From NCBI GenBank assembly GCA_963631735.1, contig CAVGRW010000001.1, positions 21,300 to 85,299 on the forward strand: DNA of 64,000 nt. Reading direction: 5' to 3'. The notes under the pieces were generated by a model, which worked only from the letters and a program-made list of their open reading frames with translations, had not been told where the DNA came from and did not search any database. A program made the translations under genes and the position numbers. Numbering within the stretch: position 1 is the stretch's first letter; the number at the start of each line of letters is the position of its first letter. This document shows, piece by piece, positions 43,961 to 54,108 of this stretch. This stretch comes from Bacteroidaceae bacterium (GTDB lineage: Bacteria > Bacillota > Clostridia > Oscillospirales > Acutalibacteraceae).

Positions 43961-45250
43961 TTAGTTTTGTACAATTACAGCCGAATAGGATCCGCTTACC
44001 CAACAATTCTTTGAGTTCTTAAGAGAGACCGTAACAGGCACGGTGTTCTCCCCTTCCTCAAGCTTTGTATTAGTAAGATTGATGCTTATTTCAAGCATAT
44101 TTGCATTAACGCTGCTAAGCGCCGTCTGCGTTCCGACAACGGTAATCGAGCCTATCGAGCTGAGATCGACATTTCCTGCGCTAACACCCGAGCCGCCCGT
44201 TATCATAATTGAATTTATGTTCGGCTCAAGCGTCTTTGTCGAGAGTCCGTCGGTATTGACCTCAACGCTGAACGAGGTCGTTCCGTCAAGGAATTTCGCC
44301 GTTTTAACGTTCGACGCAAGGAATGTGAAGCTGTTGTTTGTCGGCGTGATCTGAGAAAAATCAATCGAACCGATTTCAAGCGTATTCGTAGTATCGGAGC
44401 CGTTTTGAAGCACAGCAACCCTTACCCTACTCGGAGAAATACTGTAAAGCAGCGGACTGTTGATATAATCGGACGGGGTGTTCTTGAAAGAAACCGAAAC
44501 CGCCGATGTTTGCATCTTGTAAACAGGAAGCGTTACAGGAATCGTCAGACTGCTTTCGCCGTTGATTTTAACGTATTTCGAGTCAAGGTCACTGCCGTTG
44601 CTGAGGACCACGGAAGCGTCAATCGTTTCGCTCTGAGTAAGCTTTTTTTCGATGGGAATATCGGCATATGCGGCGGTAATCGAATTGACCTCCGTCTGTG
44701 CTCCCGTAACCTTGACGGTTTTTGTATCGTAAATTATATCCGCCTTGTCAAACATGTAATCGTCGGCTGTATAATCGTCAAGCTCCGACACAATTCTCGG
44801 AGTAACCTCAACATCCTTTTCGGCATATTTATCAAAGAAAACTTCAATGTAATCCGTCGATTTTGAAACGATTTCATAGTCGGCATTTGCGTCCTTGGCT
44901 GTTACCTTAACGACAAGGCTGTGCTTTCCGGCCGAATCGACATAAGCGGTCTGAGCCGTCGCTTCAAAATCGTCCGCCGTCAAAAGGTCTCCGCCGACAA
45001 TGTAGCGGTTGCCCCTGACGGTGACATTTATCGTGTAGTCGCTCTGACCGAAAATCTGGAGTCCGAGCTTATCGGGAACACTGTTGTTCATGTCGATTTT
45101 AACCGGAATGTCTTTGATCTCATTCTCAATTACGGGCGCATATTCAAGCGCAACTATTATCCAGAAAATGAACGCAACAACGATTGAAAAAACTACAAGA
45201 AATTTTGTATTTGAAAAGAGCTGTCTTAGGCTCAACTTTTTTACTTTCAT
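43961..45250 (-). CDS. cdaR: YbbR-domain protein (CdaA regulator CdaR)
   Basis: 429 aa. N-terminal TM and repeated YbbR-like beta domains. Overlaps the cdaA stop by 4 nt. Confidence 0.8.
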   Translation of the reverse strand: MKVKKLSLRQLFSNTKFLVVFSIVVAFIFWIIVALEYAPVIENEIKDIPVKIDMNNSVPDKLGLQIFGQSDYTINVTVRGNRYIVGGDLLTADDFEATAQTAYVDSAGKHSLVVKVTAKDANADYEIVSKSTDYIEVFFDKYAEKDVEVTPRIVSELDDYTADDYMFDKADIIYDTKTVKVTGAQTEVNSITAAYADIPIEKKLTQSETIDASVVLSNGSDLDSKYVKINGESSLTIPVTLPVYKMQTSAVSVSFKNTPSDYINSPLLYSISPSRVRVAVLQNGSDTTNTLEIGSIDFSQITPTNNSFTFLASNVKTAKFLDGTTSFSVEVNTDGLSTKTLEPNINSIMITGGSGVSAGNVDLSSIGSITVVGTQTALSSVNANMLEISINLTNTKLEEGENTVPVTVSLKNSKNCWVSGSYSAVIVQN

Positions 45251-46143
45251 TTCTTAAATTTCTCCTTTACATTGGTAAGAAGAACGGAAAAGAATGATTT
45301 CTTTTCTTTGCCGGAATTATCGGGAAGAATATAGTCCATGAGTCTTTCCATGAGAATGCCGTCGGAAACGCCTCTTTCAAGCTCTCCGCCGCAGGCGATT
45401 GAAATTTTGCCCGTTTCTTCCGAGACAACGACAGCTACGGCATCGCTTTTCTCGGAAATTCCAAGCGAGGCTCTGTGTCTTGTTCCGAGCTCACTGCTGA
45501 GCAAATTATTGTCGGTCAGCGGAAGAATACAGCCTGCCGCCTTAACTCTGCCGTCACGAATTACTACACCGCCGTCATGAAGCGCAGAATTCGGAAAGAA
45601 CAGCGAATTTATAAGCTCTCTTGAAACCTTGGCATCAACGACAGTGCCCGTGTTTATAATATCGCCGAGCATTGTGTTGCGCTCAAAAATTATCAAAGCG
45701 CCGATTTTTTTATCGCTCATATCACGGCATGCCCTGCATATTTCAAGCACGGCTCTTTTCTTTCTCTCATAGAGTGCGTCGCCCTGCTGAGCGCCGAAGA
45801 AGTTCAGAAAAGCGAACCTGCTCCGTCCCATGGATTCAAGTGCGTGCCTGATCTCGGGCGTGAACAAAATAATGAGCACGAGAATAAAATCACGCAAAAT
45901 CGTCTTAAAAAGATAGGTACTCGCCTGCATGTTCAAAAGGCTGATAATCGCATAAATAATTGCAACAATGACAAGACCTTTAACAATCTGAATACCTCTT
46001 GTTTCCTTGAGCATTTTAATTGCGCTGAAAACGAGAAAAGCGACAAAGGCGATATCAAGCGTATCCGTTATTATATTGTAGGAAGAAAACAGAGCCAGCA
46101 GTCTGTCCCAAAGAACGCTGACATTATCCATTAAAGCATTCAT
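45247..46143 (-). CDS. cdaA: Diadenylate cyclase (membrane DAC/DisA_N)
   Basis: 298 aa. Three N-terminal TMs plus the GALIIFE, LHDGGVVI and GTRHRASLG motifs. Confidence 0.9.
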   Translation of the reverse strand: MNALMDNVSVLWDRLLALFSSYNIITDTLDIAFVAFLVFSAIKMLKETRGIQIVKGLVIVAIIYAIISLLNMQASTYLFKTILRDFILVLIILFTPEIRHALESMGRSRFAFLNFFGAQQGDALYERKKRAVLEICRACRDMSDKKIGALIIFERNTMLGDIINTGTVVDAKVSRELINSLFFPNSALHDGGVVIRDGRVKAAGCILPLTDNNLLSSELGTRHRASLGISEKSDAVAVVVSEETGKISIACGGELERGVSDGILMERLMDYILPDNSGKEKKSFFSVLLTNVKEKFKK

Positions 46144-46187
46144 ATTTTTCTCCGATAATTTATTTTTTTATGATTATAACACACAAA

Positions 46188-46661
46188 TTAAATTTTATCA
46201 ATAAGGCAGACGCAGTGTGCGGAAATTCCTTCTCCCCTGCCAGTGAAGCCCATTTCCTCCTCGGTCGTCGCCTTAACGCTTATATTGTCGATTGAAGTCG
46301 AGAGAGCGGCGGCGATATTCATTCGCATTTCGGGGATATACGGCTTCATTTTCGGCTTCTGAGCAATAATCGTAGCGTCAACATTGATTACCTTGTATCC
46401 GCTTTCTCTGAGTCTTTCAAAAACCTTGCGAAGAAGCACGAGACTGTCGGCATCAAGGAACTGCGGATCGTTATCGGGGAACATTCCGCCGATATCGCCC
46501 ATTGCCGCCGCGCCGAGAAGCGAATCGCTGACGGCATGAAGAAGAACATCGGCGTCGGAATGACCCAAAAGACCCTTTTCGTAAGGGATTTTAACTCCTC
46601 CGACAATCAAATCGCGGCCCTCAACGAGCTTATGTACATCGTATCCGTGACCTATTCTCAT
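46188..46661 (-). CDS. ispF: 2-C-methyl-D-erythritol 2,4-cyclodiphosphate synthase
   Basis: 157 aa. Has RIGHGYDVH and [11 protein letters not shown]. Confidence 0.9.
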   Translation of the reverse strand: MRIGHGYDVHKLVEGRDLIVGGVKIPYEKGLLGHSDADVLLHAVSDSLLGAAAMGDIGGMFPDNDPQFLDADSLVLLRKVFERLRESGYKVINVDATIIAQKPKMKPYIPEMRMNIAAALSTSIDNISVKATTEEEMGFTGRGEGISAHCVCLIDKI

Positions 46662-47251
46662 AATATCTCCTCCGATTTAACAAGTTTTTTATATTCGTCA
46701 TATGTGATGAATGTGTTTAATATATCAAGCATTGCCTTTGTTGACATTCTTTCGGGCAGGTCAAGCTTTTTTAATAAAGCAATTCTTTTTTTCTTGCTTT
46801 CGGCTCCGCCCGTCATCCCGTCGTCAAAGAAATCGTTAAGCGTGATTTTTTTTCTTTCGATTACTTCGCTTTGAGAAACGCCGATACCGGCTTTTTTGAA
46901 GGCATCCTCAAGTATTTTGACCGAAACGCCCTCAACGCCGAGCTTACCCTCCTTTGACGGAGAGTCCTTGCGCTTCTCCTTGCCGTAAATATCGGGAATA
47001 TACACGTTTGTGATATACTCCTTCGGCACGATCGAGGTTATGAAATTTCTTATCACAAATCCTGCGGAATCGCTGTCGGTAAGAATGACAATACCCTTTG
47101 TCTCGGCAAGCTTTCTGATAAGCCTCTGCTTGTCCTTATCCTTGAAAATTCCGAAGCCCTCGGTCTCGATTATAATTCCGTCAATCATCGACGAGAGCTT
47201 GATTTTGTCATATCTGCCCTCAACAATTATGACCTTGTCTACCTTAATCAT
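46658..47251 (-). CDS. rnmV: Ribonuclease M5 (Toprim)
   Basis: 197 aa. Has VIIVEGRYD and ILTDSDSAG Toprim motifs and a C-terminal DUF4093-like tail. Confidence 0.8.
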   Translation of the reverse strand: MIKVDKVIIVEGRYDKIKLSSMIDGIIIETEGFGIFKDKDKQRLIRKLAETKGIVILTDSDSAGFVIRNFITSIVPKEYITNVYIPDIYGKEKRKDSPSKEGKLGVEGVSVKILEDAFKKAGIGVSQSEVIERKKITLNDFFDDGMTGGAESKKKRIALLKKLDLPERMSTKAMLDILNTFITYDEYKKLVKSEEIL

Positions 47252-48300
47252 ACTTTCTCACCGTTTGAAACAAGGAAAAGCTTAGTTATTGTCTGCTCAA
47301 GAATAAGCCTGCCGCTGATTGAAGTTGATTTCAAAAGTCTGTCGGCATCATCGAGAACGTCAAGAAATTTTCTCAGCTGAGTGATTGAATATTTTGAAGC
47401 CGCTCTTGCGCCGTTTGTGAGTCTGAATTCCTTGTTTCGATAGTTAAAATCCTTGCCTGCGTCCTCGGCTCTGAAGCCGCCGCTCGAATAAACCTTTGCA
47501 CGGTACATATCGACATACGGCGTAATAAGCGCACCGAGAATGTTGATAGGCTCCTCCTTCATCGCAATGAGCGTGTCAAGAATATCCATCGCAAGGTCAC
47601 AGTTGCCGGAGGTCAGGGCTTTCGTAAGGTCAAAAACCCTAGCCTGAACAGTTTTTACAACAACGGCGTCAATGTGCTCTCTGCCGATCTCGCCCTCTTT
47701 TCTGTAGGCGCAGATCTTGTCGAGCTCATTGATAATTACCGTCATATCGTCGCCGATGAGTGTCAGCAAGTAGCGTGCGTTTGACTGCGAAATCGTGCAG
47801 TTTCTCGAAGCCGCACCCTTTTCAATAAGCTTGATAAGCTGATTAAGCCCTGCATGCTCAAAGGAAACTGAACAGCCTGCCTTGTCAATTTCGGAAAGTA
47901 TTTTCTTGCCCTTTGCGCTTTTCATATTGACATCGGCGCTTGGGTTCGAGATAAGAATTACCGTTGTGTCGGGAATATCCGAAATCAGCTTCAAAAACTT
48001 GTCCGAAGCGTCGGCATTGAGACTGTCTGCGGCAAGATCCTTTATCAAAATAAGAGTACGTTCACTCATCATCGGAAGCGCCTCCGCCGCCTGAGCGACC
48101 TCTTCAAAATCTACCTCTTTGCCGTCATACTGATGAAAATTGAAGTCGGCAAAGGCAGGGTCGATCGCCTTTTTCTGAAGGAGGGCGGTATAATGCCTTA
48201 TAAGATATTTTTCGTCGCCGTAAAGAAAATATAAGCGTGCGAAATTACCCGAGCTGATTTGTTTTTTTAATTCAATTTCACTGAGCTGCGGCATTATCAA
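47248..48300 (-). CDS. holA: DNA polymerase III delta subunit
   Basis: 350 aa. The YFLYGDEKYL N-terminus is typical of HolA. Sits downstream of comEC, as in Bacillus. Confidence 0.8.
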   Translation of the reverse strand: MIMPQLSEIELKKQISSGNFARLYFLYGDEKYLIRHYTALLQKKAIDPAFADFNFHQYDGKEVDFEEVAQAAEALPMMSERTLILIKDLAADSLNADASDKFLKLISDIPDTTVILISNPSADVNMKSAKGKKILSEIDKAGCSVSFEHAGLNQLIKLIEKGAASRNCTISQSNARYLLTLIGDDMTVIINELDKICAYRKEGEIGREHIDAVVVKTVQARVFDLTKALTSGNCDLAMDILDTLIAMKEEPINILGALITPYVDMYRAKVYSSGGFRAEDAGKDFNYRNKEFRLTNGARAASKYSITQLRKFLDVLDDADRLLKSTSISGRLILEQTITKLFLVSNGEKV

Positions 48301-50450
48301 CCCTCCTCAACAATTATTTTGTAATTATCATCTTTTATTTTTACATCTATATTTCCGAATTCCGCTGTTGAAGCCAAGCCTTTTTCCTCGGTCTCTCCGG
48401 CTATGACAACGGTTTTGAATTCTGTGTCATCATAAAGCCTTGTTCCTATAAAAACATCGCCGCCGAGATATTCCTCGGGGACATTTTCGATATCGTCGGC
48501 ACGCAGAAGAATACAAACCTCAACGTCCTGCGATTTGCAATAAACAACGCTGTAATGCGAATTTGAAACGAATTGGGCGCTGACATTGCCGAAAAGCTTA
48601 ATTTGTGCGTTCGACGCTTTTGTGATTCTGTCCTGCGGCAAAATTGATTTCAGCGACTCATCGGCCTTGGGAACAATTACTTTGTCGGGATTACATTCCT
48701 TTATCAAGGACAAAACTCCCGCCGAGCTTCCGTCTTCAATATCGGTTATAATTATATCGGGTCTGACATCGTCAAGAGCCGATGAAATATATTTGTTCTG
48801 ACTTTGAGAGCAGACCAGCGCATTTTTACCGTCCTGCGAAATTATAACAGCAACACTGTTTTCAACGTTAAGCACCCTGAAATATGTATAGCCCGAATAT
48901 TCAAAATGATAGAGCAGAGTGCAAAATACAATCGTCAAAACAAGTCCGACACAAGATGCCTTGAACGCTTTCTTGTTTTTGAAAACAATGAACGAGCACG
49001 CAACTACAGCATAAAACGCAATCACGCCGTAGGTCCAATAAATATTCGACGTATCTATCGTCGCAAGCGGCCAATGTGCGACACTGCTGACAACATTCAC
49101 GATATATTTTGCAAAACAGCCCGTTGCAACGGCGAATAAATCACTCGCACCGCCGAACGGATAAAGCAAAGCCGTGAAGCCGCCGCAGAGCATACAAAGA
49201 GACGCTATATTTGTAATTGACAAATTAGAAGTTATCGAATATACGGAAACATATCCGATAAAAACGATAATGAAGCCTAAGGATGCAACGGTTGCACAAA
49301 CGGAGACGAACACCGATTCGACAATAACCTTAATTACAGACTTTATGAAACCTCCGTCAAGTAACGGTTCGATCTTCTTTCTCAGCCACGGATTCAAGGC
49401 AACTATGCCGAACGTGGACGAAAACGAGAGAAGAAAACCGATATCGGCAACTATCATCGGATTTATAATTCCGAGAATCAGCGCCGCAAATCCGAGCGAG
49501 TTAATCGCATCAGCCTTTCTTCTGAACAGATTGCCGACAAGAATCACCAAAAGCATAATTCCAGCCCTGCAAACCGACGGCGAAAAGCCCGTAACACCCA
49601 TAAAGAACAGCGTGAACACAATTCCGATTGCGGAATTCAATCTTTTCCTTACGCCCAAAATCTCGAGTATTGCAAACAATCCCAATACCCAAACGGAAAG
49701 GTGCATACCCGAAACGGCAAACACAGGCGCAACGCCTGCTGCTTTGATATTTTCGAGAAGCTCGGTTGAAATATGATCCTTGTTGCCCGTTAACATTCCG
49801 ACGGTAATTCCGCCGTAGTCGTTCGGGAGCTTGTCGAGAATTCTGCTCTCAACGGTCTTTCTGAACTTCAGCAAATGATAATTCAAGGGCTTGCTCTCGG
49901 GCTTTGTAATTTCAATCGGATAATCGTCATAATTGCTGATATATCCTCCGAGAAAAATGCCCTTTGAATGATAATAGAGCTTTATGTCTCTTGAAAATGA
50001 ACCTATCTCGTAAATATTGACCTTCAGCTTAATTTTGTCATAAGGTTCTGCATCAATGAACTGAGATGCGGAAAGTCTGAGCTTCACCTCAAAATCCGTA
50101 CCGTCAACCGTCTCGGTTTTAAGAGTGTAATAATATCTTGAATGTGTAAACTCGGGCTCGTCAAGAACCGTCGCTTCAATAACGGCTTCTCTGTCTGTCA
50201 GGCTGTCGGCATACGAAATCTTGTAATCGCTGAGAACCTCAAACGATACGCCCGAAAGTATAAGCGCCGCTGCGATAAAGAACGGAGTTACACGCTCACG
50301 AAGCTTGCCGATTAAAGCCGTCAGCAGAAGTATTGCAGTACCGGCACCGATTGAAACGAAAGAAAATCTGTCATCAAAATAGGTGCAAAGAAACAGAACC
50401 GATAATGATGAAAAGCCCATGATTGCCATGGGCCTGTATCTTAATTTCAC
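48297..50450 (-). CDS. comEC: ComEC/Rec2 DNA internalisation channel with a degenerate C-terminal MBL-like module
   Basis: 717 aa. Has an N-terminal OB/DUF4131-like region and the competence domain (FAVSGMHLS, SPSVCRAGIM). The C-terminal 197 aa lack the DVGQG and HxHxDH motifs. Confidence 0.85.
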   Translation of the reverse strand: MKLRYRPMAIMGFSSLSVLFLCTYFDDRFSFVSIGAGTAILLLTALIGKLRERVTPFFIAAALILSGVSFEVLSDYKISYADSLTDREAVIEATVLDEPEFTHSRYYYTLKTETVDGTDFEVKLRLSASQFIDAEPYDKIKLKVNIYEIGSFSRDIKLYYHSKGIFLGGYISNYDDYPIEITKPESKPLNYHLLKFRKTVESRILDKLPNDYGGITVGMLTGNKDHISTELLENIKAAGVAPVFAVSGMHLSVWVLGLFAILEILGVRKRLNSAIGIVFTLFFMGVTGFSPSVCRAGIMLLVILVGNLFRRKADAINSLGFAALILGIINPMIVADIGFLLSFSSTFGIVALNPWLRKKIEPLLDGGFIKSVIKVIVESVFVSVCATVASLGFIIVFIGYVSVYSITSNLSITNIASLCMLCGGFTALLYPFGGASDLFAVATGCFAKYIVNVVSSVAHWPLATIDTSNIYWTYGVIAFYAVVACSFIVFKNKKAFKASCVGLVLTIVFCTLLYHFEYSGYTYFRVLNVENSVAVIISQDGKNALVCSQSQNKYISSALDDVRPDIIITDIEDGSSAGVLSLIKECNPDKVIVPKADESLKSILPQDRITKASNAQIKLFGNVSAQFVSNSHYSVVYCKSQDVEVCILLRADDIENVPEEYLGGDVFIGTRLYDDTEFKTVVIAGETEEKGLASTAEFGNIDVKIKDDNYKIIVEEG

Positions 50451-50986
50451 TTAAAGATAAGCGGAAGCTTCTCAAGAAAAACGATGTCGGTTCTGTCTGC
50501 AGCGTCACCCTCAGCAAGGATCGCAGCCTTGGCAACGATATCAACATCAAACTTGTTGACAAGCTCCTCAACGGATTCGAGCGACTTGCCCGTCGAAATA
50601 ACATCGTCAAGTATAACGATTTTCTTTCCTCTTATCTGCTCGCCGTCAGCGCCGTCAAGAATGAGCTTCTGCTCGGTCGCTGTCGTGATGGATTTAACGG
50701 AAACAGAAACGGGATTCTGCATGTAAAGCTTCTCTTTTTTACGAACAACAAAATATTTCTTGCCGCTCTGACGTGACATTTCGTATGCAAGCGGAATACT
50801 CTTAGCCTCGGGAGTTACGATATAATCGAACTCAGGAAGCTTTTTAAGAAGCTCCGAAGCGGCGGCAACGGTCAATTCAACATCACCGAAAATAATAAAA
50901 CCGGCAATCGAAACGTTTTCGTTAAGCGGACAAACGGGAAGCTCTCTTTCGAGTCCCGCAATTTTCATTTTGTATGTTTCTGACAT
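50447..50986 (-). CDS. Phosphoribosyltransferase-family protein (purine PRT-like)
   Basis: 179 aa. Has the PRPP loop KKIVILDDVISTGKSL. Confidence 0.75.
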   Translation of the reverse strand: MSETYKMKIAGLERELPVCPLNENVSIAGFIIFGDVELTVAAASELLKKLPEFDYIVTPEAKSIPLAYEMSRQSGKKYFVVRKKEKLYMQNPVSVSVKSITTATEQKLILDGADGEQIRGKKIVILDDVISTGKSLESVEELVNKFDVDIVAKAAILAEGDAADRTDIVFLEKLPLIFK

Positions 50987-51046
50987 TTATAAAACTTCCT
51001 TTCAAGCTTTTGACAAAGAATTACTTACAAAAATTTTGCTTGTTTA

Positions 51047-51385
51047 TCAGCCTGCCGGCCAGCCGAATTCTCTGCCGCCCATAAGGTGAAAATGAAGATG
51101 CTTGACAGTCTGACCTGCGATATCGCCGCAGTTGTTGACTATACGGAAGCCGTCGTCAAGACCCTCCTGCTTTGCGATCTTAGCCGCAACCTCAAAGATG
51201 TGAGCCACAACAGCGCTGTTGCTCTCGTCGATCTCGGCGGCTGACTTGATATGCTGCTTCGGGATAATAAGAATGTGTGTCGGTGCCTGAGGCGCAATAT
51301 CACGGAATGCAAAAACCTGATCGTCCTCATAGACCTTGTTTGAGGGAATTTCCCCGTTGATTATTTTACAGAAAAGACAATCCAT
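51047..51385 (-). CDS. hinT: HIT-family nucleotide hydrolase
   Basis: 112 aa. CLFCKI lies at the N-terminus, and the histidine triad is HLHFHLMGG. Confidence 0.85.
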   Translation of the reverse strand: MDCLFCKIINGEIPSNKVYEDDQVFAFRDIAPQAPTHILIIPKQHIKSAAEIDESNSAVVAHIFEVAAKIAKQEGLDDGFRIVNNCGDIAGQTVKHLHFHLMGGREFGWPAG

Positions 51386-51401
51386 AATTATCCTCCTAAA
51401 A

Positions 51402-54041
51402 TTATTTTATAAGAGATTTAACGATATCGGCAACCGCTGCGATTGCTTCATCGACCTTATCAATATCCTTTGCGCCTGCCATTGCGAAATCGGGCTTTCC
51501 ACCGCCGTTTCCTCCTGCAAGCTTTGCAACTGCACGAACAACGTCGCCTGCCTTGACTCCGCTCTTGACAGCCTCGGGAGCACAGCATGCGGCAAAATTA
51601 GCCGAGCCCTTTTCCTTATTCACTGCGCCGAATACGGCAACAATATTATCGCCCTCTGCCTTAGCCTTGTCCGAAAGCTGACGAAGCTCGTCCACCGTTA
51701 CCTCGCCTGCGTTTGCGGCGATGACCTTGAGGGAGCCGACCTCAACCGCGCTGTCAAAAAGACTGCCCGAGCGCATCTCGGTAAGCTGAGCGGTGAGCGC
51801 TTCGATTTCCTTGTCCTTCTCTTTGAGTTCGTTTGAAAGAGAAGCTGCCTTCTTCTCAATATCCGACGGATTGGCAACCTTGAGAGCCGCCGCAGTGCCG
51901 AAAATCTTTGAATTGAGCGAGTCAATATAATTGAGAACTCCCGTACCCGTTACCGCTTCGATACGTCTTACGCCTGCGGCAACCGAGGTCTCCGTAATGA
52001 TCTTGAAAAGTCCGAGCTTACCCGTGTTTGAAACATGTGTTCCGCCGCAAAGCTCGGTCGAGAAATCTCCCGCCTTAACGACACGGACAACGTCGCCGTA
52101 CTTCTCTCCGAAAAGAGCCATTGCGCCCGTTTTCTTTGCTTCTTCAATCGGCATTTCCGTCATTGTGACGCTCTCCGCCGAAAGAATGATATTGTTGACT
52201 TCGTTTTCAACCGTTTTCAGCTCCTCGGAGGTCATAGCCGAGAAATGAGAGAAGTCGAAACGAACCGTGTTTTCGTTAACAAGCTGACCTGCCTGCTCAA
52301 CATGCGAGCCGAGCGTTTTTCTCAAAGCAGCCTGAAGGAGGTGCGCCGCCGTGTGATTTCTTGCGATTGCGTCTCTCCTCTTTGCGTCGATAACAGTCTT
52401 TACACTGTCGCCTGTTTTAGCATTGTCGCCGTCGATGATTCTGCCGTAATGCAGGAACACGCCGTCGTTGGTCTTTGTCGTGTTCTCAACCTCAAAGGTA
52501 AAGCCGTCGCCGTAGATATAGCCTGTGTCGCCGACCTGTCCGCCGCTCTCGGCATAGAACGATGTCTTGTCCGTTACAAGGAAAGAATCTGCGCCGTTCT
52601 CAAGCACGTCACATCTGATTCCGTCCGTGATAAAAGCAATTATCTTGCCCTCGGCTTCGTATGAGTCATAGCCCTTGAACTCGGTCTTTACAATTCCCTT
52701 TGTAACTACACCCGTATCGTTCCAACCCTCGGCGCCTGCGCCCTTGTGAGCGTCACGGGAACGCTTGCGCTGAACGAGAACAAGCTCCTTGAACTTCTCC
52801 TCATCAACGGTCATGCCCTTTTCTTCAAGGATTTCCTTAGTGAGGTCTATCGGGAAGCCGAATGTGTCCTGAAGCTTGAATGCGTCCTCGGCGTTAAGCT
52901 CCTTTGACTTTGAGTCCTCAATCATTTTAGAGAGAACATCAAGTCCTGCGTCTATGGTTCTGTTAAAGCTCTCCTCCTCGGTCGAAATAACGTTAACGAT
53001 AAAGTCACGCTTCTCAACAAGGTTCGGATAAGCATTTTTATTTTCATTGATAACCGTGTCGGCAACCTCGGCAAGGAACGGTCTGTTGATACCGAGCAGT
53101 CTGCCGTGTCTTGCCGCCCTTCTGAGCAAACGGCGAAGAACATAGCCTCTGCCGCTGTTCGACGGCATAACACCGTCACCTATCATAAATGTTGTCGAGC
53201 GGATATGGTCTGTTATAACACGAAGCGAAACGTCGCTCTTTTCGTCGGTGTGATACTCAACGCCCGAGATTTTGGCAATGTGCTTCATGATGTTCTGAAT
53301 TGTGTCAACCTCAAAGAGATTGTCAACATTCTGAGCGATACACGCAAGTCTTTCAAGACCCATGCCTGTGTCGATATTCGGGTGTGCGAGCGGAGTATAA
53401 TGATTATGTCCGTCATTCTCAAACTGAGTGAAAACGAGGTTCCAGAACTCAACATATCTGTCGCACTCACAGCCGACCTTGCAGTCGGGCTTTCCGCAGC
53501 CGTGCTCGGGTCCTCTGTCGTAATAAATCTCCGAGCAAGGACCGCAGGGACCTGCGCCGTGCTCCCAGAAGTTATCCTCCTTGCCGAAGCGAACCATGTG
53601 GCTCTCCTCAACGCCGATTTCCTTTGTCCAAATATCATAAGCCTCGTCGTCGTCAAGATAAACGCTGATATAGAGCTTCTCGGGATCCATCTCCATTACC
53701 TTGGTGCAGAATTCCCATGCCCATGTGATTGCGTCGTGCTTGAAATAATCGCCGAAAGAGAAATTACCGAGCATTTCAAAATATGTGCCGTGGCGTGCGG
53801 TCTTGCCGACATTCTCGATATCAGGCGTTCTGATACACTTCTGACACGTTGTAACTCTTGATCTCGGCGGAGTTATCTCGCCTGTAAAATACTTTTTCAT
53901 CGGCGACATACCTGCGTTGATAAGCAGAAGGCTCTTGTCGCCCTGCGGAATAAGAGAAAAGCTCGGAAGTCTCAGATGACCCTTGCTCTCGTAGAACGAA
54001 AGAAATTTTTCTCTTAATTCGTTAAGTCCTGTCCATTCCAT
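51402..54041 (-). CDS. alaS: Alanine--tRNA ligase
   Basis: 879 aa. Has class II motifs, the editing domain HTAAHLL...CGGTH and a C-terminal DHHA1-like domain. Confidence 0.95.
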   Translation of the reverse strand: MEWTGLNELREKFLSFYESKGHLRLPSFSLIPQGDKSLLLINAGMSPMKKYFTGEITPPRSRVTTCQKCIRTPDIENVGKTARHGTYFEMLGNFSFGDYFKHDAITWAWEFCTKVMEMDPEKLYISVYLDDDEAYDIWTKEIGVEESHMVRFGKEDNFWEHGAGPCGPCSEIYYDRGPEHGCGKPDCKVGCECDRYVEFWNLVFTQFENDGHNHYTPLAHPNIDTGMGLERLACIAQNVDNLFEVDTIQNIMKHIAKISGVEYHTDEKSDVSLRVITDHIRSTTFMIGDGVMPSNSGRGYVLRRLLRRAARHGRLLGINRPFLAEVADTVINENKNAYPNLVEKRDFIVNVISTEEESFNRTIDAGLDVLSKMIEDSKSKELNAEDAFKLQDTFGFPIDLTKEILEEKGMTVDEEKFKELVLVQRKRSRDAHKGAGAEGWNDTGVVTKGIVKTEFKGYDSYEAEGKIIAFITDGIRCDVLENGADSFLVTDKTSFYAESGGQVGDTGYIYGDGFTFEVENTTKTNDGVFLHYGRIIDGDNAKTGDSVKTVIDAKRRDAIARNHTAAHLLQAALRKTLGSHVEQAGQLVNENTVRFDFSHFSAMTSEELKTVENEVNNIILSAESVTMTEMPIEEAKKTGAMALFGEKYGDVVRVVKAGDFSTELCGGTHVSNTGKLGLFKIITETSVAAGVRRIEAVTGTGVLNYIDSLNSKIFGTAAALKVANPSDIEKKAASLSNELKEKDKEIEALTAQLTEMRSGSLFDSAVEVGSLKVIAANAGEVTVDELRQLSDKAKAEGDNIVAVFGAVNKEKGSANFAACCAPEAVKSGVKAGDVVRAVAKLAGGNGGGKPDFAMAGAKDIDKVDEAIAAVADIVKSLIK

Positions 54042-54108
54042 AAATACAACTCCCTGTAATTTGAGTTTAAAACCAATTTATTATTATATGCTTTTCTGCA
54101 TATTAAAG

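Noticed and set aside
54042-54108. A possible T-box or other leader upstream of alaS.
   Set aside because: The gap is only 67 nt and AT-rich. It has no specifier or antiterminator-like helices, so it is too short for a T-box. alaS is probably co-transcribed with the upstream MBL and ygiQ genes.
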